Assembly: GCA_030390025.1 (NCBI GenBank)
Contig: CM059430.1
Location: 62,744,001-62,808,000 of the forward strand
Direction: 5' to 3'
Length of the DNA: 64,000 nt
From: Squalus acanthias
Lineage: Eukaryota
How positions within the stretch are numbered: position 1 is the first letter of the stretch; each line of letters starts with the position of its first letter. Below, piece by piece: positions 13,187 through 25,038 of this stretch. The notes beneath the pieces are model-generated. The model was not told the DNA's origin. It saw nothing but the letters and a program-made list of their open reading frames with translations, and ran no database searches. The position numbers were made by a program, and so were the translations under genes.

Positions 13187-15492
13187 GATACATATTCCAG
13201 GCTACTTGACTTTTATAAGATATAGGCAAAATATAAAAGGAGGGGCGGTAGCCCTGATAATAACGGAGGGTATAAAGACAGTAGAAAGCAAGCATCTTAG
13301 CTCGGAAAATCAAGGTGTAGAATCATTTGGTGGACCTAAGAAACAACAAGGGGCAACACGAGTGGTACTAGTGCACAGGCCCCCTATCAGTAGCTGTAGT
13401 GTCGGGCACAGTATAAATCAGGAAATTAGACGTGCGTGTAACAAGGGTAATGCAGTAAACATTGAGGAGATTAATTTTCATATAGACTGGGCAAACCAAA
13501 CTTGCAGTAATTGTGCAGCGAATGAGTTGATGAAATGCATTAAAGATAGTTTTCTAGATAAAAATATCGAAGAACAGGCTATTTTAGAACTAGTATTGTG
13601 CAATTAGACAGGGTTAATTAATAACCTTGTATTAATGGAGCCTCTGGGGAAGAGTGATCATAATATGATAGAATTTTATATTGGCCCGGATTTTGTGGCG
13701 GATTTGATGGCGTACTCTCAGAGTACGCAGTCATACCACCTTTGAAATTGGCCACAAGTTTAGGATTTTTGTATGCACTTGCAGTCTGTCAACGTACGCA
13801 TTGACAGACCATCCACACACCAACCAAAAACTTAATTGCTGGTGCAGAGTTGGGCTAATCGCCCACCAACTGCACAGCAATTATGTATGGAAATGTTCTG
13901 GCTGGTGGAAACAGGGGCAGGGCCTGTTTCCACAGCGTAAGAGGATACCCAAAATGAAAAAAAAATGCTTTTTTTAATTAAATGACATCCAGCAACATTA
14001 AAAGCTTTAATGAGAAGCAATCCTAGTGTAAGTTAAAGCGGCAGGTTTTTTAAATAATGTTTACATTTCATAATTATCTGCACAGTGCACAGTATTTATT
14101 TAGAAGTGGGAATTGCGAGTAATGAATTGGATTCCCATGATAAAAGCTAAATCTGTAATGTATTTTAAAGGCTGTAGTAATGAAGTAATGTAGTAATTTA
14201 AATGAATGAAAGACAATCTGTTTCCTGATTGGAGAACCAGGCCCACGTGTTCCCAGGTACGCTTCTGCACAGGCTGCTTCCCTGGGATCTCTGAGCCATT
14301 ACGCTGCCCTCCTACTCGCAGCATCAGAGAGCAAGTTTACAAAGCAGGCCACCATCAGGTTGGTGCATATTCTTTTTGTAGGTCCATGTCATACTCCAGA
14401 GTGACGCCATGGAGCGGAATTTTGGGGCTATTGAGTTTGAGAGTGATTTAGTTAAGTCCGAATTTGGGAGTAAATCTGAACAAAGCAAACTACTTAGGTA
14501 TGAGGGGTGAGTTGGCTAAGGTAGATTGGTGAACTAGATTAACAGATATGATGATAAATAAGAAATGGCAAGCATTTAAAGAATCAATTCATAATTCACA
14601 ACAAATATACATTCCCTTAAGGAATAAGAACCCCACCCAAAAATTGGTCCAACTGTGGCTTACAGGAGTGTTTAAAGTAGTATTAGATTAACGGAAAAGG
14701 CTTATAATGCTGACAAAAAGGAGAAGTAAACCTGAGGATTTTAGAATTTAGCAAAGGATGACCAAGAAATTGATAAAGAAAGAGAAAAGAGAATATGAGA
14801 GTAAACTAGCAAGAGACATGCAAACAGATTGTAAAAGCTTCTATAGATATGTAAAAAGGAAGATGTTAGCGAAAATAAACTTGGGTCCCTTACAGGCAGA
14901 GACAGGAGAAATTATAATGGGGAATAAGGAAATGGCAGAAACATTATACAAATATTTTGCGTCTGTCTTCAGAGAAGAAGACGCAAAAAACATTCTGTAA
15001 ATAGTGGGGAACCAAGGGTCTAGTGAGAATGAGGAACTTAAAGAAATTAGTAACAGTAATGAAATTGTACTGGAGAAAATATCGGGACCAAAAGCTGACA
15101 AATCCCCTGGACCTTATGACCTACACCCTAGGGTTTTACAACAGGAGGCGACAGAGATAGTGGTTGCATTGGTTTTGATCTTCCATAATTCCTTAGATTC
15201 TATAACGGTCCCTGTGGACTGGAAGGTAGCAAATGTAACCCGCTATTCAAGAAAGGAGGGAGAGAGAAAACAGGTAATTATAGGCCAGTTGGTCTGACAT
15301 CAGATGTAGGGAACATGCGAGAATATGTTATTAGAGATGTGGTAACAGGGCAGTTAGAAAATCATAATATGAGTGGGCAGAGTCAACACGGATTTATGAA
15401 AGGAAAATCAGGTTTCAAAAATCTGTTAGAGTTTTTCGAGCTTGCAATTAACAGGGTAGATAAGAGGGAACCAGTAAATTAGTGTATTTACC
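13187..15492 (+). mobile_element. CR1 ORF2 fragment truncated at both ends, between the two exon-6 duplicates
   Basis: Endonuclease motif IPGY..GGAVAL through KSPGP..LHPRVL, ending in early RT. Confidence 0.85.
13683..14429. mobile_element. Harbinger-type MITE nested in a CR1
   Basis: ggcccggatttt .. aattttggggct, TSD att. Confidence 0.7.
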
Positions 15493-16484
15493 ATCAGTTA
15501 AATAATAGACTTAACATTAAGCATGTCAGGAAAGTTACTTTTTTCTTAAAAGCAGCTAAAAGAAAATTAATCAAATAATTGAACAGTAAGTAACGACTAT
15601 AGACTGCATTCTCTGATATATCACTGGAATAGATTACCTCTCGGAGGAATGGTGTCGCATGGTAAACATAGCAGCGGAATTCGATCAGTACACACCAAAA
15701 AAGTGACTTCTGCAGCTAATTTTATTGCTAATTGATGCTTACTTCTGTGTAGACAGCCTTTGTTACTCCTCTTTCTTTTTTTGTCTGCAGCTGGGCATAC
15801 TCTGTGCTTCTTTCGTTATTTTTGCATTTCCCCGTTTTTTCTGAGCCAGTCAATGCTAGAGTCGCATACGTCAGCTTGTCACGGGCTGTCCCTTGTTCAG
15901 TCTGTAAAGCCAACGTTTGGAAATAGTGTTAATGATTAGGTTTGCAGGTTCTGTGGACTGCTGCTCAACGCAGGCATCAGAAGGAGACACAAATAGTCTT
16001 AGATACAACACACGGTCAAAGTCAGCGCAAACATATGCCCTCCGCTATCGCATGAATGTTGATGTTCCACCAATGATTTATGTTTCTCTGATCTGTTACT
16101 CCTACCCGAGCGTACACGGTTCTTTCTTCTTCACGTTTAGTTCTTGGAGTTTTCCTGGCTCTGCTCAAATCTAATGCAGCATAATGCACGGTCTCAGCCG
16201 GTGCTCCCTGCATAGGTCAGAAAGAAAATGTTTGGTTATGTGGCCAGTTCATTGCCTTCACCAGTTTACGTACCGCTGATCAAATGTTGAACAGATTGAA
16301 CTGGGCTAGACATCAAGTGCACAATCCATAATTCATATATATTTAGATAATTGGGAATATTAAGACACAGTGATCATTATAACTAATATTTAAACCTGTC
16401 AATGTTCACTCTGCAACACAACGTTATAGAAATGTTTAAATGAGCGGCAGCTTTAGAACATAAAGGTTTTTTCAAATGCAAAGA
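15493..16484. repeat. ~1-kb direct duplication, copy B
   Basis: Colinear with 12171-13186. Confidence 0.9.
15728..15901 (-). CDS. Exon 6 (proximal copy), cytoplasmic tail with LTYATL, TEYAQL and AVYTEV tyrosine motifs
   Basis: Acceptor ggctttacag, phase 0, 57 aa then TAG; AATAAA at 15721-15726 immediately after the stop. Confidence 0.8.
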   Translation of the reverse strand, partial: TEQGTARDKLTYATLALTGSEKTGKCKNNERSTEYAQLQTKKERGVTKAVYTEVSIN

Positions 16485-19400
16485 ATAGATGATTGTATAA
16501 ATAGATATCACCTAGATTTTCAACCAAACAGGCAGTTATCTTTTCAGCCATTTCACATTTTTTACCAGCAAGTACATTTCTAACCACGATTTAAATGGCT
16601 CACTAAGACCGGACAAATACTTTTAGTAAATAGACTTAATCTGTGAATATTTCCATGGTGTTATGGTCCCTCTGTGCGTGCGTCCCGTTTGGTACTGCGC
16701 ATGGGCACTCGATTCGACCGCGCATGCGCAGTAGCGAACAGTGCGACGGCCTTCTCCCGCGTGCTTTCCTCGGCTCCGTGCGAAGAAGGACATGGGATCG
16801 GATGTGGGTTGGGGGAGAGAAGAGGGCATCGAAGGGGGGAGGGAGGAGAGTGGGTCGAAGGGAGGAGGCGAGCGGATCGAAGTGGGGGAGGAGAGGAGAT
16901 CGAAGGGGGAAGAGAGGAGAGGGGATTGAAGGGGGAAGAGAGATGGGGGGATCGCAGGGGGTGAGGAGAGGGGATTGAAGGGGGGAGGGAGGAGAGTGGC
17001 TCGAAGGGAGGAGGCGAGCGGATCGAAGTGGGGAGAAGAGGGGATCGAAGGGGAAGAGAGGAGTGGGGATCAAAGGGGGTTGAGGGGTTGGAGGGGGAGG
17101 AGAGAGGCTCAAAGCGGGAGGAGGAGAGCGTAACGAGGGAGGAAGGAGGTGGAATCAAAGAGGGGAGCAGAGGGGATGGAATAGGAGGAGAGTGGATCGA
17201 AAGAGGAAGAGAGCTGAACGAAGGGGGGAGAGGACCTCGGATAGAGAGGAGCTCGCAGGGGGAGTGGAGCTCGCAGGGGGAGAGAGGAGCTCGGAGTGCG
17301 GAGGGAGGAGCTCAAAGTGGGGGGAGGGTCAGGAACGTGCAGGGAGAAGGTCAGGAACTCGCGGTGGGGGAGGTCAGGAACTCGGTGGGGAAGAATGTCA
17401 GGAGCTCCTGAGGAAGGGGGGCGGAAGTTCATCAACTCGGGGAGAGAAAGTCAGGAGCTTGTTGGGGGGAACACGGTGAGAAAGGTGAGGAGGCGGAAAA
17501 AATGTGATCCAGGTCTAAAGGAGGGGGTTGAGAGCAACAAAGTGATCCAGATGGGAAGATACAGATGCCCGTGTGCACTCGATCCAGTCGCGCATGTGCA
17601 GTAACAAATGGTGGGGCGGCGGCGGCCTGAACTGGCACACTTTCGTCAGCTGCGTGCGGAGAAGGTCAGGGGATTGTGGGAGGAGAGGAGAGGGGATTGA
17701 AGGCGAGAGGAGAGGGGATCAAAGTGGGCACCAGAGCGGATCCAAGGGGGCAGTAAGGAAGAGGGATCGAAGTGTGGGAGAGGAGCTCGGAGAGAGAGGA
17801 GCTCGGAGAGAAAGGAGATCAGAGAGGGGAGAGAGGCGAGAGGAGAGGGGGGAGAAGGTCAGAAACTTGTTGGGGAAGCACAGTGAGAACAGTGGGGAGA
17901 GAAGGTCAGGAACTTGTTGGGGGAGCACAGTGGGAACAGTGGGGAGGTGGGAAGAATGTGATCCAGGTCTAAAGGAGGGGAATGAGAGCAAGGAGGTGAT
18001 CCAGATGGGAAGATAGATCACGTTCTCCCGCCCTCTGTTAGGACTGCATTACGCTCTTCCACCCCACTCCCTTTCCACCTGCTCAACGTTCTCCTTCTCC
18101 TCCCCCATCAACCGCCCACCCCCACCCCCCAGACCGCAGCAGTTGAAGAAGGCAGCTCACTACCATCCTCTCAAGGGCAACTAGGGATGGGCAATAAATT
18201 AATTAATTTAAAAAAACGTGAACGTATCCTGTGTTGATCCTGCAACCTGAATAACATTACATTTATGTGTTATTTGCCAGACTCGACTATTCTAATGTTC
18301 TCCTGGTCAGCCTCCCATTTTCCACCCTCAATGAACTTGAGCTCATCCAAAACTCTGCTGCACTTATCCTAACATGCAGCAAGTCTCATTTACCCACTAC
18401 CCCTGTGCTCGTTGACTTACATTGGGTCATGGTCCACCAACAACGTTCCCGCTAAACTATACGGTCACGTCCCTGTCAGGAGGTCCCAAGCAGGCTGCTT
18501 TCCGGCTTTTGAATGGGAGAAATAGTGCAAGCGGGAAATTTTGAATCTGTTGTGCAGCCCGTTAAAGGGGCCAAAAATTAGGGGGAACATTGTACACCAA
18601 CACCTTGATTTTAAAATTCTCATCCTCATTTTAAAATCCTTCCATGGCCTCACCTCTTCATATCTGAACTCTGCATTGTGAGCGCTGTGAGTGCTCCTAA
18701 CCTTGAGGGTGAGCCCTGTCAGTTTTCTGAAAGCAGTAATGTTAGCACTGTGAGCTCTGGAGCCTGACTGTCACAATGAATGGATCATATTACTCATTGC
18801 AAAGATCTTGATTACTCTGCAGCAGGCATGATCAAATTACACATTCCAGACAAACTGTTGGGTGTGTCTTGTCCTCCAAGGGGACCGCTGAGACACGACT
18901 GTACGCTTAAACTATTCTGACGTGATTATGATATGCTCTTTCCATTATAGCAAACTTGACAATTCAACCATCTGCCGGGATGAATGAATGAACGTACCAG
19001 CTCTTCACGGCGGTTCGGTCCCATTACACATTCTTCTTTACCTGAAAAGGAATGAAATTGAATGATATTGAAAGATTGAAATATTTACTCAGTTTCCGTG
19101 TCAATGATTGAAAAGACATTTCTAGAGTCAGAACAAAGCCGAAAATAATTTCCAATTCCGGTTTGTGCCGACAGTGTTTGAAATCCCAGCCCTTGTAGCG
19201 ATCAGCAATGATGGATTTGGGGATTTTTTTCGGAAACTAAGGGAATCGTTTTTGACATTAAGGGAATCAAAGGATATGGGGATAGGGTGAGAAAGTGGCG
19301 TTGAGGTAGAAGATCAGTCATGATCTTATCGCATGGCGGAGCAGGCTCGAGGGGTCGTATAGCCTACTCCTGCTCCTATGTCTTATGTTCTTATGTTTAC

Positions 19401-22400
19401 AGCCATTCCCCGGCCGGAGCCTCACACTCTTTCACTCAAACTAGTTGTGCATCCACAACAGAATTTGTTGGAAAGTGATTGTGTGTCAGGGTACATGTCA
19501 TTTATTATGCTGCAAAGGGGACATTTTTGTTGCAAACATCCAGATAATTATCTCCATTTTTATTGCGATTCTCTGAGAATATCTGCGTTTTAAAATGCAT
19601 TTGGTACAATCGGCGCTCTCTGAAAACAGATCACAAGGTTTTCAACTTTAATTCCTAATCGAGTTCTCATTTCCCCGTGTTACCCGGAGACTGTCACTAA
19701 CCGTGGCGTTTTGAACTATAATCAAGGGCTTACTGTAGATCTTACCGTCATTATTCTGCAGTCGGCACCGCGTCCCAATGAAGATCATTAGCACTAGAAA
19801 CGCCAATCCACCCACTGCACACCCAGGAGCCCAGAAGTAAAGTAAATTAACGTCATTACCTGCAAGATTAATAGGAACATTAAGTTATGGCGGGTGTGGT
19901 TAAAAATAGGCCTCAAGATAGATTATTGGTTAAACTATGGTATTGCTTTCAGTAACTCCGCGGTACAGAACGGCAATAAGAAAGCTTAAATACAAAACAT
20001 GATTTCTTTTAGATATAATGGCCCAGAAATTGATCTCGCTCTGTTCCCGCGGGCGTAAGGAGCAGGCGCGATCTCTCACTCCGCGTTGGCTTTTTCAGAT
20101 CCAGCTGGCACGAACTTGATGTTACACACATCAGCTGGGCAGTGCTTGCGTATCCCACCGGCGTAGTGAATTCGTGCGAGCTGTGGGATCACGTGACTCA
20201 GTTAGAGCCAATGGCAGCACACCATCTTCCATTCATAAGTTTCACATAGGTGCTGTGAAATCTATGAATCTTACACCCCCCCAAAATAACAGCTAAAACT
20301 CAATTAAATTAAAAAAAACCCATCACATTAATAAAATAAGTATAGTTAAATAAATTAACCATTTTAAATAAAAAATTAAATTTTTGAAAAAATTTAAAAT
20401 CTTTTAAAAAGTTATAAAAATAAACTTACCTGTCTTTAAAGTCTCTAAAAAAGATATACCTGTTAAAAAAAATTCAAAAAAATACTTAATTCACTACTTA
20501 CCTTGTTAAAAGTGGGTCTTACTCCTTTTTCCATTTCTAAAATCTTCCGTCCTTACCTGCGCGTCCAAAGCACTAAGTGCACAGCGTGCGCGCAGCCTGT
20601 AGCGCGCACGCGATGCACCGAGGAACCGCCCCCTTTTCCAAAGACCAAGTGCCGGTTTTCAGCGCATGCGCAGGGCATGCAGAAAACCGGCAATTGGAGA
20701 GAGAATACGCGAGAGTACGCAGTGCGTACTCTCGCGCAGCGGGATCAATTTTTAGCCCAATAGTTGAATTAATTTCTTCATCGAATGGATCTGACATTCT
20801 GGATTAATCTGCGCATCGCACTACCGGTTTTGGGCTCTCAAAACATTGGCCCAGAAATTGATCCGGCTGCGCGAGAGTACGCACAGTGTACACTCGCGCA
20901 GCCAGACTTCAATTGCCGGTTTTCAGCATGCACTGCGCATGCACTGAAAACCGGCAATTGATGGAAGTGAAAGGGGGCGGGTCCTCAGTGCACCGCGTGC
21001 GCGCTACAGGCTGCGCGCACGCAGTGCACTTCATCGCTTGCGCACGCAGGTAAGTATTGAAGATTCTGGAAAAGTAAAAAGCAGGCGCAGGAGCCTCTTT
21101 TAACCAGGTAAGTACATAATTAAGTAGTATTTAGAATTTTTTTTTACAGGTAAATCTTTAGTAGCGACTTTAAAGACAGGTAAGTTTATTTTTATAACAT
21201 TTTAAAAGATTTAAAATTTTTTCAAAAATTTATTTTTTTGTTTAAAAAGGTTAATTTATTTAATTACACTTATTTTAATAATGTGATGGGTTTTTTTTTT
21301 AATTTAATGGAGGTTTAGCTCTTCTTTTGGGGGCTTGTTGTATTCCTAGTTTTCACAGCAGTTCAATGGCCGCTGTGAATTCTATGAATGAGAGCTTGGT
21401 GTGCTGCCATTGGCTGTAACTCAGTCACGTGATCCCACAGTGCACTCGAACTAACTCCGCACTGTGGAATCACGATGCACTCGCAGCTGATGGCTGGGAC
21501 ATGAAGTTCCAGCGAGCTGGGACTGAAAAAGCCAAGGCGCAGTGAGACATCGCGGGAAGGGCTTACCCTCGCACGAACCCTCACACTGCAATTTCTGGGC
21601 CATTGATTTAGGAGAGTTAGAACACGAGAGAGATCAATTTCCCTTGACCAAAAGACTTGTTCTTGTTCTTGACCTTTCTTATTTATTAACATATGGTTTG
21701 AGGAAATTGACGGCAATTTTATCACAAGCGTTTCTTCGTTGCCCGCACGATATTCCGGATTGCAGCAGTCTGTTAAAAATCCTCTTTCAATTACCTGAAC
21801 TGTGTTTATTACAGTAGGAATGACACTGAATAGTAAAGGATATCAACGGGCGATTGTTCATTGATTATTGTCTTGGGGATGGGAAGAGTTGTTCCCAATA
21901 TGATTTATTGAACCGGCTGTACTGTCGCCTCTTTGCAGGCACAGGTTAAATGAGATTTATGAGACAGATTCCAATTAAACCCGCTGTGACAGGACGGGTG
22001 AGGGGTAAAAGCTGGCGAGGGGGTTAATTTCAGATCTCTGCAGTAGAATTAGCCGATAGGGGGATCAGCATCAGGAATTGCATTGGGAGAAGCCCGAGTG
22101 CATGACTGCAGCTCCTGGTAACAGTCTTGGTGCAAGGAGAGCAGGCAATCGTAAAGAATAAAACAATCTTAATATTGAAACGAAATTAATAATAAGCAGG
22201 AGAGGAAACATAATCGGATAGAAAAGATAAACTCCTGTTTATGATTGTTATACAATATAATTAAAGGAATTTGAATGCAAATAAGGTTTGACTGAGAATA
22301 TTTGTGTGGCGGGCGATATAACCAGGTTTTACAACACATCGGTTTCAATTATACATTAAAACATGAATTTAATGCATTTCTTTGAAATTTCCCATCAGCC

Positions 22401-25038
22401 TTCCGTGGACTATCGTCATGATTATTTATAAGTACAAACTGTACGATATATCTCTTTATGAATTTAACAGTGGCTGGCTCTCCTTTTTGGCCTGTTGGCC
22501 TCGTACCTTGGTTGGATTTAGAAACAACATAGGTGACAAGAGCTGGAGTCTCGAGAGAGACATGAGAAACCAAACAGGTATAACTGGCATCGCTTGGGAC
22601 AGGCTCTGTCTGGACCAAAGAGCTGGAAACTTCATACAGTCCCTCCGTGTTCTGCTCTTTCCTGGTATGTATTCCTAATGCAATTTCGACGCCATTTTTA
22701 TTCCAAGTGAGGGTGAAATTCTCCGGATAAAACGCAGCCGTTTTACACACAAGAGTCAGAGAAGCAGCTGAATCCCCTTCAGTGGAGACAATCTTCAGTG
22801 GGGTTGGGGCCGCTGCGGAACAGAGATTGAACAAAATCGAGTTACTGGGCACCATTGGGAGATTAAATATGATTCTGATTTACGTTCGGTCCATTTTATT
22901 ATAATAGCACCATTAGAAAGCGCAGCCTCCTGTCCATTTAATGTTACGCTCATCATCTACACACACCTGATCCATATCTCTCATAGACGCCCGCATCTGT
23001 TCAATTTACCCGCGCTATCAAGTCCAAGCCTTTGAGTTACTCAGCAGACAATTCGCAACGATTTGCTAATCAATGTTTGGTTTTCATAGTCCAAAGAATT
23101 AAGTAAATAAACCTCGGGGGTAAGTTTGCGCGCTGAGTCCCTCCGTGTTAGGAACAGATAGACAGTGAACAGTAATCTGCACATTGTGGATGGCAAAATG
23201 AGGGCCTTAGTCGATATCGGAGAGAATTCGCAGCCGAAGCATGAAAATTGGCGAAAGTAATTATATTCGGTTGAACCTTAGCAGGTTTCAGCAACACAGC
23301 TGTTCTGTGTTGTTTAATTTATTGGACATTCGTAGAATCAAAGAATCACAGAAATTTATGGCACGGAAGGAGGCCATTCGGCCCATCGTGCCTGCGTCGG
23401 CCTAAAAAGAAGTATACAGCCTAATCCCACTTTCCAGCTCTTGGTCCGTAGCCTTGTAGGTTCTGGCACTTCAAGTGCATATCCAAGTACTTTTTAATGT
23501 GATTAGGGTTTCTGCCTCTACCACCCTTGCAGACAGTGAGTTCCAGACCTCCACTACCCTCTGGGTGAAAAGATTTCTCATCAACTCCCCTATAATCCTT
23601 CTACCAATTACTTTAAATCTATGCCTCCTAGATATTCGCCTCCCTGCTGAGGGAAATAGACCCTTCCTATCCACACTATCCAGGCTCCTCATAATTTTAT
23701 ACAACTCAATCAAGTCTCCCCTCAGCCTCCGCTGTTCTAAAGAAAACAAGCCCAGCCTATCCAATCTTTCCTCATAGCTAAAATTCTCCAGACATGGCAA
23801 CATCCTCGTAAACCTCCTCTGTACCCTCTCTGGTGCAATCACATCTTTCCTGTAATGTGGTGACCAGAACTGTACGCAGTACTCCAGCTGTGGCCTAACT
23901 GGTGTTTCAAACACTTCTAGCATAACCTCCCTGCTCTTACATTCATTGACTGGGCGAATGAAGCAAAGTATCCCGGACGCCTTTTTAGGTTAATGAGGTG
24001 ACAACGTTGTGTGTTCCAAGCTCCAGTTTGTTGAGTGAAACCGTTGAACAACAGTTAGTTTCACGCTAACATTATGTAAGAATTAATTTCAGGAATGTTA
24101 AACCGCAGGGACAGCGATGGGGGCAGACAGAGCATCACAAATGGGCTGAGAGCCGTGTATATGTTGGGAGAGATGCATTAATACAAACGATATTCAGTCA
24201 GTTATATGCTTGGAATTTGTTCCAAAATTCCGCTATCAGACATCTGATGTGTAAATTGTCTTTGGAGTTATAGTCTAATTGGTTAATATTGATACATTTT
24301 GCAATACTCTGCCTGTGATATTGAATGTCGAATCAGCAGTTCTACACGGAGCACACGAACTTACAACTTTACTTATCGCGAAATGTATCAATACACATGT
24401 TTATATTGCCAAAAGCGGTGCAATAAAGCAATCACAAAACATCCCCGTTTGTTATGTTCGATATATTTACGACTGTGCCGCTCTCCTGTGTTTCACACTT
24501 ACCATGCACAATTAGCTGTGATCCGGTTCCATTTCCTCGAGAAAGTCCCCGATGGAACACTGCACAGTGATAGACTCCAGAGTCTTGGAAAGTCGCGCTC
24601 AGCAACTGAAAGAACCCGCTCGCCTTACTTGTCAGACCAAATAGTTTTCTGTTATCGGCGCTTATGCGCAGGTATTCATTCTCACCCTGTTTCCACCAAT
24701 ACACTCTTACCCAGGAATGGCCCTGGGAGATGGGAAACATGCAGTAGAAGGTGATGTTCCCCCCTCTGGATACAGTCGCTTGTTTGGGCACTTGAAACAC
24801 TCTGAACGTATTGTTGTCCGCCGCTGTCAAAAATATAGACAAGTACAGGTTAATTGTATTAGCCACGACCTGGAGATAGAAGACAGAAAAAACCTAGATA
24901 GAGGTATCGCGGTTCACTAAATAATGTGGAAACTACTTCGGATATATAAATTAAAGTAGCTGGGACAATGAATAAAGAGGTACCTGTGTAAATAATCCCC
25001 CGGAGAGTCAGGCACAGGAAAAGGATACTCGCCGACAT
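15728..25038 (-). CDS. Non-rearranging IgSF receptor, leader-V(J)-C1-TM-ITIM/ITSM tail, 6 exons, 337 aa (SIRP/NKp30-like)
   Basis: Exons 25038-24984, 24823-24503, 22812-22507, 19859-19746, 19041-18998, 15901-15728. All introns are GT-AG with compatible phases (1,1,1,1,0). Total 1014 nt, no internal stop. Confidence 0.88.
16795..18015 (+). repeat. Purine (G/A)-rich low-complexity tract with degenerate ggatcgaagggg units
   Basis: Strong purine skew on the plus strand; two related modules in tandem. Confidence 0.8.
18998..19041 (-). CDS. Exon 5, short cytoplasmic exon (GKEECVMGPNRREEL)
   Basis: Acceptor ttccttttcag, donor CTG|gtacgt; 44 nt converts phase 1 to phase 0, as exon 6 requires. Confidence 0.75.
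19746..19859 (-). CDS. Exon 4, transmembrane segment (GNDVNLLYFWAPGCAVGGLAFLVLMIFIGTRCRLQNND)
   Basis: Acceptor atcttgcag, donor G|gtaaga, 114 nt, phase 1/1; uncharged hydrophobic stretch followed by basic residues. Confidence 0.85.
20020..20758. mobile_element. Harbinger-type MITE
   Basis: TIR ggcccagaaattgatc / gatcaatttttagccc, 3-bp TSD aat, AT-rich core. Confidence 0.8.
20848..21601. mobile_element. Harbinger-type MITE, same family, opposite orientation
   Basis: TIR ggcccagaaattg / caatttctgggcc, TSD att. Confidence 0.85.
22507..22812 (-). CDS. Exon 3, Ig C1-set domain
   Basis: LTLVCKTAAFYPENFTLTW, YTCLVSHVSL; acceptor ttccgcag, donor G|gtacga; 306 nt. Confidence 0.93.
23335..23985 (-). 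mobile_element. CR1 3' end in intron 2
   Basis: VRPQLEYCVQFWSPHY..LFSLEQRRLRGDLIE plus 3' tail. Confidence 0.9.
24503..24823 (-). CDS. Exon 2, Ig V-set domain with germline J-like G strand
   Basis: Motifs ITFYC, VYWWKQ, DSGVYHC, GNGTGSQLIVH; acceptor ttgacag, donor G|gtaagt; 321 nt. Confidence 0.93.
24984..25038 (-). CDS. Exon 1, signal peptide MSASILFLCLTLRGIIYT
   Basis: ATG at 25038, hydrophobic leader, phase-1 donor G|gtacct. Confidence 0.8.

Noticed and set aside
16623-18021. Multiple Pro/Ser-rich and Gly/Arg/Glu-rich ORFs
   Set aside because: Artefacts of the purine-skewed low-complexity tract
24563-24569. Perfect RSS heptamer CACAGTG at the YHC codons of the V exon
   Set aside because: No nonamer at 12 or 23 bp (gtcttggaa, tcgcgctca); explained by His-Cys-Ala codons, so no evidence of rearrangement
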